Below are positions 24,301-36,800 of a stretch of DNA of 64,000 nt, in pieces. Numbering within the stretch: the first letter of the stretch is position 1; every line of letters begins with the position of its first letter. The stretch is from Klebsormidium nitens. Taxonomy: Eukaryota > Plantae > Klebsormidiophyceae. Made by a program: the position numbers and the translations under genes. The stretch spans positions 87,665 through 151,664 of the forward strand of contig DF237141.1 of assembly GCA_000708835.1 (NCBI GenBank). Reading direction: 5' to 3'. The notes beneath the pieces were generated by a model, which worked only from the letters and a program-made list of their open reading frames with translations, was not told the origin of the DNA and made no database searches.

Positions 24301-25733
24301 GATTTGAACACCACTCAGTCCAGCGATCAAGCCAACTCTCATTCCTCCAAGCACCCTCGTTAATCTGTTCCAAGTTTCGATCAGCAAGCTTGTCTACGTT
24401 AAAAGACCCTTCCACCAAGATTTCCATCAGATCAAAGTGGCTGGGTGGTAGTAGGACCAATTCGTGAGTGACCTGACCTCGACACTGCTTACCTGCGGCT
24501 GCGTCAGCGAGAGCAGCCCCGTCTGGAGCGCCTTGAAGCAGTGCTTGAGGAAGTTCTGGTACTCGGACGTGTGCACGATCTCAATGCTGTCCCGGATCTC
24601 AGTCACAAGCGTCAGCTTCATCTGCATGTCTGCAATTTGGGGAAGTAGCGATGGTGTCAGAAAGGTACAGTGATGGGGGGGAAACATGAAAACCCAGCAA
24701 TGACTGAACATCGAAAACCAGGATATTTTCATGCAGTTTCAGCGGGGCTTCTTGTTGACAGATTGATACTTATCTCGACAGGCGGAAGGGAACTCGTTAC
24801 AGAGGCAAGTCCAAAGAGCTGTCACTGTCACAGCGAAACTTGGATCGTCCACGATGCGGGGTGGTCGACCAAAACAATGCATATTCTGGGCACCACAAGT
24901 AGCCTTCCATAGAAAGAAGTGAGCATTATGAGGTGGTGACAGAACGTGCCCACTTGGTACACAGATGAGCTGTTCTAAATAACGCTTTTTCTCAGACGGC
25001 CAGCACAAGTTTTTGAATAAAAGTGCTTGCTCTATTTCCCCATGCTCTAGCTTCTTCGGACGGTGGCCCCCCGCGTTCTTTTGCAGCATATATTGCAAAC
25101 GAGACAGTATTGATGAATCTTGGTCTTCTTCGCAATGTTTTGTAGCACTCAACAGGAGTGGACAAGGGATGACCTTTCAAAGGGGCACTGAGCGGAAAGA
25201 TCAGTCGGCCCATTTTGCATCTATTTCCACAAAGATCCTGAAAACTGTATTGCAGGAAGTTTTGAGCAATCTGTCAAAGAACCGCATCAGAACTGAAGAA
25301 GGGAACCACATCACACTCAACGAAAATTTGATTCAAAAGCCAGCTCTTGGAATCAACCAGAACAACAACGCGCAGGATTCTGTCAGCCCGCAGTTGCAGT
25401 GCACTGCTCATCAAACCAAGTAGATATCAAGAAAGAGGAAAGGGCGCCAGAGCACTCACTCGTCTCCGGATCCAGGAACTTCTTGGCGTGCCCCTCAAAG
25501 TTCCCCAGCATCAGGGTGGCCCCCGACCGGTGGGGGTTCCCATGCTGACTCCCCCCCAAATCCATCGCCCCCCCGTCGGCCTGACTCTGCTGAGACGGCG
25601 GAAGAGCAGCGCCGCTGTCTGGGGGCTGTCCTCCCGGGGGGGTAGGCTGCACTCCCTGAAGCGCACCCCCTTTCTTCTGCTGTTGCAATTGGGCCTGCCG
25701 AGCGGCTTGTGGGTCTCGGGCAGGTGGTACCAT
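1..25733 (-). CDS. TRA1: Transcription-associated protein 1 (TRA1/TRRAP, PIKK-family scaffold of SAGA/NuA4); 5' portion, continues beyond left edge
   Basis: Phase-consistent exons: 25733-25460, 24629-24493, 23640-23401, 22976-22662, 22207-22082, 21798-21713, 20983-20779, 20186-19856, 19000-18727, 17843-17129, 16656-16473, 15770-15595, 15103-14729, 13855-13610, 13115-12961, 12229-11971, 11517-11398, 10936-10721, 10256-9995, 9342-9120, 8624-8141, 7737-7366, 6704-6480, 5800-5036, 4236-4054, 3035-2241, 1547-1296; 40-1 is either the next exon start or an echo. Peptides match plant TRA1 as I recall it: [115 protein letters not shown]. Confidence 0.95.
465..1215 (-). repeat. Five intronic echoes of the 3' end + donor of TRA1 exon 1547-1296
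   Basis: Copies end at 1110, 960, 794, 654 and 471, each encoding ...LKQGLDILLAILVEKGPIEVAPNSAR or a near variant followed by GT. Confidence 0.95.
3555..3975 (-). repeat. Three donor-side echoes of TRA1 exon 4236-4054
   Basis: Copies at ~3890-3975, 3715-3810 and 3560-3630 of GLDVLKVVLAKQARQFLKSGNMQIHQ|GT. Confidence 0.88.
9343..9600 (-). repeat. ~40-bp tandem repeat (6-7 copies) of the polypyrimidine/acceptor region of TRA1 exon 9342-9120
   Basis: Core tgcggacag or a variant at 9344, 9385, 9425, 9467, 9509, 9547; spacing 38-42 nt. Confidence 0.88.
12300..12745 (-). repeat. Three acceptor-side echoes of TRA1 exon 12229-11971
   Basis: Copies at ~12300-12400, 12447-12590 and 12660-12745 of VVNPAVDASTSDAQDKQSFQG... 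Confidence 0.88.
13935..14335 (-). repeat. Three acceptor-side echoes of TRA1 exon 13855-13610
   Basis: CAG at plus-strand 14017-19, 14173-75 and 14331-33, each followed by AALQGLHVFCE or a near variant. Confidence 0.92.
17920..18295 (-). repeat. Three acceptor-side echoes of TRA1 exon 17843-17129
   Basis: Copies of LFDVMVDSIQLVTVF at ~17923-17985, 18095-18150 and 18245-18295. Confidence 0.8.
20615..21610 (-). repeat. One donor echo and four acceptor echoes around TRA1 exon 20983-20779
   Basis: Donor echo 20620-20700; acceptor echoes at ~21036-21137, 21215-21295, 21370-21450 and 21525-21610 of [32 protein letters not shown]. Confidence 0.9.
23725..24160 (-). repeat. Three acceptor-side echoes of TRA1 exon 23640-23401
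   Basis: CAG at plus-strand 23826-28, 24010-12 and 24154-56, each followed by ATDTV(E/D)H(K/R)VRN... Confidence 0.93.
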
Positions 25734-27502
25734 TGCTAAATTTTGGTGGCACCCCCCGAGGAGTCACCGATGTACATTGGATCAAGGGCGTTGAAATGCA
25801 CGGGCAGCGAATTTCTTAGCAAGCTGATGTGACAATGGACTGCGCAATCCGTGTGCCCCTCTTTGCATACCTATCCAAAGGGAAGAGAAGCGTTAAGAAA
25901 TTGAAGAATCAATCTGATGACACGAGAGTCGTCCAAACACCTCAGAAACCATTCAGTGTGCACGCTGAGGGAGCGCCAAGCTCTGGATAGTTTCACTTTC
26001 AGCCATTGCCTTTCACCAAATAGTACTTGTCGGAACTTCAGAGAAGCTCAACCGTCTGCCAATTGGAGCTCGCTCAGACGTCTGAGTCAGCGTCCTCTCC
26101 GAAGAGTGTGCGCTCGAGCTCCTGAGTCAGGCCCTCTCAGGAAGGCTTTTAATGCTGTCCAGCTTGTCCAGCTCCAACTGCAACTTTTCTGCCAGGCCAG
26201 TTGGTCTGAAACCTGTAGCTATAAAAAGAAGTCCTGCCCCCTCATTTATCATTCGCTCAACACCATCTTTTGCCGTAGCATCTCACAATCACAATGTCAA
26301 CGTAGAATACTTCATCATTTCAGCATTCTGCAGAATTTGCAGCAGTGTTTACCACGAACTTTTGAGGTTGCCGGTCGCCCAGACGATCGGTCCCCGATCA
26401 GTCGGTTGAGAGCAAGTGACGGCCGGTTTGCCAGGGCCGGCTCTCTGGATTTCGGCCGGTTGGATTAGATCCGAGCGACATTGCGGCGGTCAGTTTTGCG
26501 GCCATTTCCGTCCAATCTGTAACATTTTGCAGGGCTCGATGGTCTCTCGAACTCTATAAGCTTCCAAAAGCTACAATACAGGAAGAAACCCAGGATAGAG
26601 ACTCGAACACTCAATCAAGCGGTTCTAAAACACTGTATTTTGTTGAAATTGAGTTGATAGTTGCTCGTAACGCAACTGACTGGACTGAATTTACCCGGCT
26701 CCTAATTGAACCGACAGCCTCTGTTTGAGCCGGCTTCTCAACCGGCCTCCGGCCGGCCACCTTCGTCTCGGTCGGCTGCCGCCAATTTCAGTCGGTTGCA
26801 ATACCACTGCAAGTCGGTTCGTGGGAAACACTGATTTGCAGTGGCAAGGTTTGCAGCAGGGACCAAGGGTCTAACCAAAATTGTGGCCCGTAGAGGAGAC
26901 GTAAAACCTAACCGGCACATTTTGCCCCAGGTTTTGGTGACAGCGGCATGACCGGGGTCAAGCCACGGCAAATTGCTGCCAGCTAGGATCGTCTTTTGCC
27001 GTCGATTTATGTAGACGTGTATACATCGACCATAGATATCAAGAGTTAGATTATCCTCTACAGCTACGTTTCTGTGCTTCTCTCTTGCAGACGGCGACCG
27101 CAGCCATCCAACGGCTGACTTTAAGCCGTCCAGATGAAGCATTTGGATATTTCAACGTCCCCGATCATGCAGCTTATTCTCTACGGTCGCTCGTAATCTT
27201 CCTTAGGGCAACCCCTTCATGCCCAGCTTCCTTCTCTCCGAGTCCAAGTCAGAAAGTCGTTGCTAAACCACCATGAGGAATCCCTTTTCCATCTTAGGAC
27301 TTGGATGAGGGACGCAGGTACGTTGGAAGAGTTGGAAGAGTTCTCGTTGATCTCCAGCTGTCTTCTGAGTTGTGATTTTTTGTTGCAAGAAATTTCGTGC
27401 TGCGTCTTAGTTCAAACGCTCAGCAGCTTATATGAAGATGGTCTTTGTCAAGCATTGAAGTCGAAAAAGAGCAGCAAACAAGAGTTTGGTAAGTCCTGCA
27501 AC

Positions 27503-30500
27503 ATGGATCCGACAGGGATGCCCCAGCAAACCGGACAGGTGACATACCCTCCCCAGATCAATCATTACCAAGGGCAGATCCCGCCTCCGCAGCAGGGGTA
27601 CAATGTAGGGGCCCAAGGGCTGGGCGCCTTTTCCCCCCAGTATGGAGTTGGCGGCCCAATCCCTTTGCAGCAACAAATGGCCCCAATGGGGGTCCCTCAG
27701 AACAATCTCTCGTCCACGTCATACGGAGGGCTCCCAACAAACTCTATGACACCGGGCGCTCCGAATGCTGGCGCCGCGCTCTCCGGCGCCCCGATGGTGT
27801 CAAACCAAGCCGCCTCCGAAACGGCCCCGGCGCCCTTCCCTCCTTTCTACGGCCCGCAGCTAAACCCTGCGACGGCGCAGTTCTTCTCTGTCTACGAGCC
27901 CCCCCCGCCCGTGTCGGCCCCTCCCACGGACCCTGAGGAAGCGAAACGCATCGACAAAGTGGCGGAATACGCGGCAAAAAACGGGCAGCAGTTTGAGGCG
28001 CTCATGAGGGAGAAGCAGAAGGGCAACCCTGCGTACGCGTTTCTGGTGGGGGGGGAGAACAGCGGGTATTACAGGTATAAGCTGTGGTCGCTGCTGAACC
28101 CGCACATCCCCCCGGAACAGATGCACCTGGTTTACCTGCAACCGGCCCCCCAGCAGGCGGGCTTTGCATACGGAGGAGCGCCACCGGAGGCGGCGTTTGC
28201 TGGTGAGCGCACATGATGGCTGGAAAAGTTTAGTTGCGGCCTAGTGAGTCTGAAACTTGTTTGTTATGATTGGTGGTTCAAAGTCGCAACTCTGACCATG
28301 CTGAAAAAGGTAAGTAGCACTTTGCAGGGTTCTGTGAAGGGACATTATGTTTCTCGATGAACCCATTTTAGGGTCACCTTAGACTACGCCCTCCCTCATA
28401 AGGTGGCCCGATGCGGTGGTCAAAGAAAATGTCTCTGAACGTAAAATTGATGAGGGTTTCTCGGTCTTCGATCAACAGGTGGATGATCTCAGATTGACGT
28501 TATGTCATTGTGTCTAGCTAGACTATGGCCCGGAGAAATCATTTCTGCAGAAATACGCCTGCAGACTGGTGCTTACACCCAGGCTCGTTGGCTTCGTATC
28601 GCAATTCCCGAAGAGCTTTTCGTTTGCTTTCGCAAAACCTTCAACATTCAGTGTTTCCTATCCTTCTTCAGGCTAACACTTCACGGACCCTTCCCGTCCT
28701 ACAGGCCAACCACCGTTTGCTCAGTTCCCCCCTCCCGCAGCAGCCCCGCCCGCGCCGTCCCTCCCCACTGACGTCAGCTCGGAGCTTGCTGACGTTTTGG
28801 AAAAGCTGACGGGAACGAAAGAGTCGATCAAGGGCACGAAGGCCTGGTTCATGGAACGGGTGGGGGTGCATTTGACGGGGATGGTCGGGGCGCTGCGAGA
28901 CAGGGTGCTGAACCTCGAGGAGGTTGACAAGCAATTGCATGTGATCTATCTCGTGAACGACATTCTGTTTAGCTGGTGAGTGTTGTAAGATGAAAGCTTC
29001 TGGTTTCTGGTTCTTTTGGACTGTGAGGTGGCTTTCAGTATGACAAATCGAGAAGCAGCTGCATGTGATTTAACTCGTGAATCGCATCTTGTTCGACTGG
29101 TGAGTGCCTAGAGATTTCATAGTTTGGGGCCTCCGGTGGAAAAAATTCCGAGTTGCGTCTAGTTGTGACGACAGATGAAGGACGAGAGATGAAAGATTGG
29201 AGAAGAGACTAAGCCCCACAAGCTGCAGCAAGATGCTGGTTGGGAATCCAAAATTCAAGAGCATAGTCTGTGGTTGGTGAGTTTGTGAATGAGATTGTTG
29301 TTGAAATCAACATTGTACGAACTCTTGTGAAGGTGACAGTCTGGACGCAACCGTGACCATACAGCCGGCAGCCATGCTCTCTAAAGTTTATCTCAAGGAT
29401 TAAGGTCACACAGATCCCAAGCGAACGGTCTCGTTAGTGGCCTTCATGGATCGTGACAAGTCCCTTTCGAATTGAACGACTTAGGGATAGGATCCATTTC
29501 TGACCTAATCAAGCTTGCAGCCGTCTTTGAGCTTTCCTTCGGACCCATCTGAACGTTCATTCTTACACAAGGCTGGAAGAAGTTCTGGACTGTCGCTTCA
29601 AATCGCAGCTTTCTTTGTGCACAGTTTGAGCCAACGGACGACCCCGTCCGAATTGGACGCTATCTCTCTGGACTTCAGCCCCGTCCTGGGCCAAATGCTC
29701 GCCGCCGCTTATAATAACGCGACTGCTACAGAGACCAACAAGGAGCGGCTAACGAAGATTCTCCACTTCTGGGGTTCCAAGGTGAGCGGAGCGAAGATCT
29801 TTTCCTTCTTCAACTCGTTGATACTTCGTGAGTTACTCGTGCTCGCCGCCCCTTTAACAACGCAACTGCTACGGATATCAATAAGGAGTGGCTAACAAAG
29901 ATTCTCCACTTCTGGGGCTCTAAGGTGAGCTGAGGGTTAAAGGTTACTCTTCTCCATCTCATTGAGAGCTTGCGAGCTTTGATAGATGTGGCGGTCAGCT
30001 TTTGGGCTTTGTGTCTAAACATCCCAAGCGCAATCGGAAGTGTTCCAGATTCCTGAGGATAGTAACATCCGATGAGATCGTAGAATTCAATGGTTAGAAG
30101 CGAAAGGGTTCGTCTGAAGGAAATCGGACAAGAATTGGATATGTACTGTGAAGAGGACGGGGAAGGGAGGAAGCTGCAATTGCTTGTAAGAGTCGACGTT
30201 GCGTCAAGAAAGGCCCGGCTATCGACAATGACCAGTCAACGACTCTCTTACGAGCTTGAAAAGGGATGGACCACTGCGTGTAAGGTTGACCAAAGTGCTC
30301 CAAATGTTTTTCACCGGAGCTGCACTTCCCACATTTGACCCACGGCACAAGAAGCAAAGGACATGGCTGAACGGACCGGCTATGATCCGTGAGGGTCATC
30401 GCAGCAAGGCCAATCATCCCTGGAGTTGTCGATGCTTCCAAGTGGGATTCCGAGTGTGCTGCGACAGTTAAGATTTGTCATGTCGTCAGCCTACAGAGTC

Positions 30501-31361
30501 ACACTTCGATTCCTTCAGGCAAGTACAGCGGGCTGATCTGATCTATTTCACACGCAGGACGTTTTCGACTCGACGACAATTGCAGCCCTCGAGAAAGAAA
30601 TGCAGGCCGGTCTGCCAGCTAACCCCCCCATTTCAACTCCCCCCCACGCCCCCGTGCCCATTCCCCCCCAGACGTACGCTCATTCCCCCAGCCCCTACGT
30701 CCCCCCGACTTCGTGGACCCCCCCTCCCCAGCAGTACCCCATGATACCCCCCCAGCAGGACCCCTACCTTTTTGGGGGGCACCCTATGCCCGCCACACAG
30801 CCCCCCCCGCAGTTCGCCCCTCGCTCCACCGGCTTCTCGTCGAGTCCCTTCCCTCCTGGGGGTGACTTCGCCCAGCCGGGTGGCCCCCCGGCGGAGCCGG
30901 ATTTTCCACCGTTCCCCCCGGGACTGATTCCTGGGATGGTCCGGAAAATGCAAGTGGGCAGTGGGGTTCCGTACTCGCCGATCAGCCCGCTCGACATCCC
31001 GACAGTGATCCCCCCAGCCGCGCAAACAGAGACGTACTTGATTTCGCGGTTGAGGAATTTCTACAAAGAAGTTGGTGTTGGGGGGGACGATTTGGAAGTA
31101 GACGCGGGGCCCGATGTCGAGGAGCGCAAGACGGACCGCCGATTTACGGATACGAAAGAGATGCCGATGCCGACGCTGAACATGGAAGTGAACGCGGAAA
31201 CGGGCGCGCTAGATGACGGCAGTTTCTACGGTGGGCTTGGGACTGGGCGGGCGGGGCTTGGCGCCGCGGAACAAACAGAGGAAAATTCTGACGAGTTCTC
31301 GTCGTATAGGAAAGCGAGGAGTACGAACTATCACATGTCGATCGGAGTACGGACGGGCTGA
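27503..31361 (+). CDS. CHERP: SURP/SWAP + CID domain RNA-processing protein, CHERP-like
   Basis: Exons 27503-28202, 28705-28975, 29625-29781, 30558-31361, all GT-AG and in phase. SURP motif IDKVAEYAAKNGQQFEALMREKQKGNPAYAFLVGGENSGYYRYKL; CID-like KLTGTKESIKGTKAWF...KQLHVIYLVNDILF; Pro-rich linker; C-terminal PYSPISPLDIP...YLISRLRNFY. The symbol rests on domain architecture. Confidence 0.82.
29040..29930 (+). repeat. Donor-side echoes of CHERP-like exons 2 and 3
   Basis: 29040-29105 copies KQLHVIYLVNDILFS|GTGAG; 29845-29928 copies NNATATETNKERLTKILHFWGSK|GTGAGC. Confidence 0.88.
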
Positions 31362-33812
31362 CCTTATGGGCTGTTTGCCAGTTGTCTGCACACCAGATTT
31401 TGAAGTCAACTTGCAAAGCGCGTCGGCCAAGTGCGAAGTTGGTGCGTCTCATGCTTGCACCAAAATCAGCAACCAGTTTTCTGTTCATTTTTGCAGCCGC
31501 GCTCTGCATAAGTCACTTGCATAATTTGGAACTTTGGATATGGACGCGGAACTGGAACGGCCGCCAGTCGGAGCCTTGCATATGGCGCGGCTGCTAATGT
31601 TTAGTACGTAGCTAGGGCCTTTTGTTCGTACATGTATACGCTAAACCCGTCACCAACGATCTGCACTTTAGGAGCCACTAGAATCCATGCAATCCCCATG
31701 CGCCAGCTTGGTTCCGAAATGGGCGCGAGACCAGCTTCCTAGATAGACGGTTGCGGCGCAATTTGCTGATCCATGCCAGGTTTCGCATGTGTGTTGCATG
31801 CTCTAAGTTAGGCGCGCGGCCATGCTTATGTCTATACGTACAGCGGCAGCTGTAATGATCTATCGTTGTTAGCTACTTGACTTTGGAAATCAGAAAGCCC
31901 ATGAAGCGTCCGCGCCGAATTGGCCAGTCATACAATCATGCAGCATTAGGCGAAATCACGTATTTGACTTAATGTGTCAGTGTGCAGTGCCTATAATTGA
32001 CCAGTGCCTAGGTCTGTGACGAGTGGGGGGGGGTCGTCAATGATACCAGACTGCGACACGTGTTTGGACGTTCGACAATTATGACGGAAGAAGTTGTCAG
32101 CATGACACGTTCGTTAGGATGCTGAGTACTGTTCCTTGGTGGGTTCCATCCGCGCATACGAGGCGCCACTTCGCGCTCTTCTGGCCGATGAAAATTTCTA
32201 TGCACGGGGCGCTCGTGGACAAGCGCAGACAAACGTGCATGGTTTCTGCATAAGCGCCGCAATCTTCGTGGATCAACTAGGCGGCCCTTGGCCCTGCACC
32301 TCAAACAGGGACGGTGGAAACGGCAACTCTAACCCGAGAGCTGAAAGGCGCAAAGTTTCAGCTTTGGCTAGCAGCGGCTCAGCTTGTTCAACCGAGCGTT
32401 GCCTTTCTTCCAACCGAGAGGGGCCGGCAAGGACACTCTCGGGCGACCTTGTGAGGTGGGTGATCAGACAATCAACTCCATGCGCATGCGTCACAGGCTC
32501 TGTCATCTGGTATGCGAAGCAACGCCATCAAAGACAGCTGCATTTGTCCACGAAGGCGCCGACAGTCTTCAGCCTTTTAAGTATGCCGAGTTGTTCAGCT
32601 CGAGCACTTCTCCCTTTGTGTCTCTTCGAACATCTGTAGCTGAAGTCAAGAAAGTCTGCATGAGCATCTGGTGTTTGTTATGCTTAGGCTGCTGAAAAGG
32701 TGGACTAGGAAGAGAAGACAGACTTGAGAGTAGTTTTTCAAGCTGCTGCAAACAAACATTTGAGCTCTCTGCTACGAACAGCTCTAAGCAGCATGCTTTT
32801 GTTTTAAAAGTCGCTCCCCCTTCAAAGCACCCACGGCTCAAACCATCTCAGTCTCCCACCTGCTTTGCACAGCTGCTAGTCTGAGTTGCATGGCCGTAGA
32901 GGAGAGCTGTTTAGGAGTAGGAAACAAACGTCGCAGAAGTAGCGAGACCGCTGAATGCACGGAGCTACTCGAAGAGGCCGCAATGCATGGCTGTATGAGA
33001 ATGATCAAGAGCCGTAAGAAGCAGCTGATGACGTGGGCAGACGCAGAGTCTGACTCTTCTTCTTCGAGCTCTGGGTCAGATGTTGAAGATGTGACGTCGG
33101 TGCGGATCCGCGCGCTTCTACTTTGTCGGCCTTTCCGCATTGGCTGGAACTTCTCTTGCGCTACCATGTTCAAAGGCTTTATCTCGTCGATCATATCAGA
33201 TGTCGTGGGATATGCCATAAAACCCCCAAAGCATGTACACGGTCTTTTACGTGCTTCGTGACCTCTCTTCAGTCACAAGGTTCTACTTGTGATCTCGTCT
33301 GATTTGGCAATGCCCATCTTTTTTCACGCTGCCAAAGTTGAAAGTAGTACCGTCGCAACGGTTTAGAAAGGAAACAATCGAAACCATTATATTCTCCCAT
33401 CCCTTCCTTGATTGTTCCAACGTTGCCTCTCATTAGTCATCCACTATTTGTTGCGATCTTTTTTCTTCGAAAAGGTGTTTTCAATTAAGGAATCCCTGTC
33501 TCGTTTTGTGAAGAGACCTTGATTTAGCGCCCTCAAACGCTATCACAAACCTATGGACTTGCGATTATTCTTGGAGGGACTGCCTTCATTGTTGACGAGA
33601 ACTTGAAAAAGGGATGCTACTGACCAATTGACCTTACGAACATGTGAACCGATGTCACGGTGATCTGGAATCCTTTTGAAGTTGCCAAGTTGCTGGCCTG
33701 TGCCCCGTCTCCTCGTAAAGCTGTCTCTTAGTCAAGGTGGTCTCAAAGACTCGCTGCTCTAATCAGGACAAGATCAGATCACGTATTCGTACTGTCTTCT
33801 GGTTTTCAGGTC

Positions 33813-36800
33813 ATGGCAAATACCAAAGGCCAACGTGGCTCAAATGCAACACGCAAGCTCAACCGGGAACCTGGACGGGATGCGGGCAAAGCGGGGAGCG
33901 GAACCGGAACGACCAAAGTGAAGCATCAGAACGGAAGCAAAATTGGAACGGTAAAGCCGACATGGAAAAGCGCCGGAACAGGAAGCGGAACCGGTGCCAA
34001 AGTCGTCCCCAGCAAATCAGCGAAGGAGACAGTGCAGACATTGCCTGACACGACATCCGACGAAGAAAGCGAAGCCGGGAATCGATCTTTGAACGGGCGT
34101 GTAAGCGGAAGCGAACCGGAGCCGGAATGGGTGGAGCCTCGGAGGAAGCTCGTTCCGGTGACAGAGACCGGAAGGAACTACGTCAGCCGCTTCGCATACC
34201 AGGTCCGTGGAAAGCGCTTCAGAATTTATCTTCAACTTTCCAACTCCTGGAAGCGACTGCGAAACCTTTCCTTCTGTAATATAAGCTCTCTTGATACATA
34301 TTTTCGCCTTGCCTGGATGCTTCGTCAGAGAGAATCAACGGTGGCCAAAAATCAGTCCTTTTTTGAACGCCCTTGTGGGACACAGAAGACTCGTATGGTC
34401 GCCCTCACTTCTGGAACACAGACTGGAACTGGTGAAAGTGAACGAAACAATTTTAAGAACGAAAATTTTCGCTGGATCCGTTCCTTCCTTCAAGCCGCGC
34501 CCGACGATTCTGTACCAGGTCTTAATGACAGCGGAGCAAAGATACGAAAGCGCGTCATTTGTTTTTGGAGAATAGAAAAAGAAACGCACGGACCTTGATC
34601 TGACTCGATTTCGTTTTCCAAGTCCGATTTAAGCCGCGCGCGGTGGTAAAAACGGCTTCCCGACGTGGGAACAGTGCCACGCAAACGGAAAGTAGTAGTA
34701 AAGATCACAGAATCGAACGGACCTAGTTCTATGCAAATCTGATTCTTTGTCAAGGTCTTGAGTCTCAAGCCGCGCGCGGTGCTGTACCACGGCTTCGCAA
34801 CTTCGAAGCAAGCTGAACGTAGGGAAACGAAGAATTTCCGGAAAAACAGCAGATCACAACAATCGTTTAGCTTATTTATTTTTGCTTTCCAGGTCCTGAG
34901 CTTCAAGCCGCGCGCGCTGCTGTACCACGGCTTCGCGACGTCGGAGCAGTGCGATGAGATGGTCGCACTGGCCAAGCGGAAGAAGCTGACGCCATCGCTG
35001 ACGAAGGGGCAGCGCCCAGGGGACCCGCAGAGGGCCAGGACCAGGTGGGTCCGCTGACGTCACTGAGAACAAACAACTTTTTTTCGTATTGAACGGTAGC
35101 GCGAGGCGACATGAATTCTTTAATTGAATTGGAGAGGTCGTTCTGCCCAAAGTCTCCATTTGGATCGTTTTCTGGCGCTGATCGGTCGTCGTCCGCAATT
35201 GCTGCCTTCACCCAAGTCGATTCACAGCTATTGGTTGTGCTTATAGCTTCCGATTTATGTTGATGTCCTGGCATTCATCAAATGTCGTGCGCAACGTTCC
35301 CGTGCCCTTCGAGGCATGCTTCTGCAGAAATGTAAAGAGGCGCTTAAGAAAGAAGGACCGAGTTTGGCAGAGGCCTCGAGCACAGCCAGCGTCGATCCAG
35401 ACTGCTGGACAAAAGCGGAGTTGGTCGAGATGCTTCTTGCGAACCTGCTTCCACTATAGCTTTTTCACTACCCTTACGTTCCGCCTTAGATCGCGCGGTT
35501 TTCCAAATAAATATCTGCATCCTGCTTGCAGCTGGGGCGTCTTCCTTCCTCCAAAAGCGGACGGCTCCGGCGTCGTAGGGGAGTTGGAGCGGAAGCTAGC
35601 GGAAGCCATCATGATACCGGAAGATCACGGCGAGGTAAACTGAACCTCAGTCTGACAGTAGTCCCATAGAATAAAGGTGAATCGACCACTTAATTGATGA
35701 CTGTAAAAACCAACCCGCTAACTACCCTTTCAAAGAACAACAGTCGTTTCTCTGAACCATTTTCTCTGTAATGGAGTTGCAAGGCGCGCAGTTACATGCC
35801 GATCATTTTGCTGGCAGCGTTTGCAAGTACTTCTCTCAACCTATTCTTCACTTGGAACGAAGCTAAAATCAACCTATGTCCCTCAACATTGTCATCAATG
35901 CAACAGCTTCCCATTCCGGTTCTTCGTCGAAATGACACTCAGATCTCAAAGTCATGCTAAGATTGACTCGACGTGGCATCTTCCAGCACCAGAAACCCGA
36001 GCCGCGGATGTCGGTTTTAAAAGTTGGATCTTTGTAAGTTTCGGAGTTTTTTCTGGAGAAGTTTTGAAGAACTTGCACTTACGTGCAGGAGTTCAACGTT
36101 CTGCGATATGAGATCGGCCAAAAGTACACCGCGCATTTCGATGACCCGTGCCGGAACCCCGGACTGCGCGAGAGTGGACGGGTACGTTTCCGGCGACCCC
36201 GTTTCTCGGCTCGCAACCCGTATGGTCGCCGAGCCGAGGTAGCTGACGTGCTGGGAACTTGCCTGCTTCTGGCGCTTTCACACCGTCATCGACTTCAGAA
36301 AGGCCTCCGGCCAAGGGTTTGTACGTTCAGTGCAGTAACTAGATGCGCGGGGAGCTTCAGCGCTGGCTCTGGGAAGATCCCTAGCGTCCAAGTCATCACT
36401 CTCAACGTTTCGAGTGCAACAAGCAGAGGCGCCCACGATCCATTGTTTACGGATCGTAAAACCGTAAACAAGCCCGATCTAGAAGGGGGTTTACCTTTCA
36501 CTTATCGAAAGAACATTGAATTGGGCTTCTGGTTTTACCGCAAGCCGTCGTCTGCAACGGCACACTGGAAGGATTCGCGATCGGTTGGATATATTGTCAA
36601 AGCGGTTGCTGGTCTTTCGAAAGGTCCATCTTGTCAATTTTACTTGAGGCGCTCGCCCGCACTAATTCTTTTGCAGCTTTGACTTTGACCGGTCAAGGCG
36701 CTCTCCGGTTCCGTCCGTCACCAATCCGGTGATTTTCCACGCAGCGCTTTTTGACAGCGCGATCATTTTGGCATCACGATCCTGACAATCTCAGCCCGCT

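Noticed and set aside
24739-25152. 137-aa minus-strand ORF in TRA1 intron 1
   Set aside because: No recognisable motif, no GC3 bias and no splice context, so there is not enough support for a nested gene or transposase.
26400-26760. Scattered CCGG-rich inverted matches between TRA1 and the CHERP-like gene
   Set aside because: The matches are 8-9 nt, not colinear, and have no target duplication.
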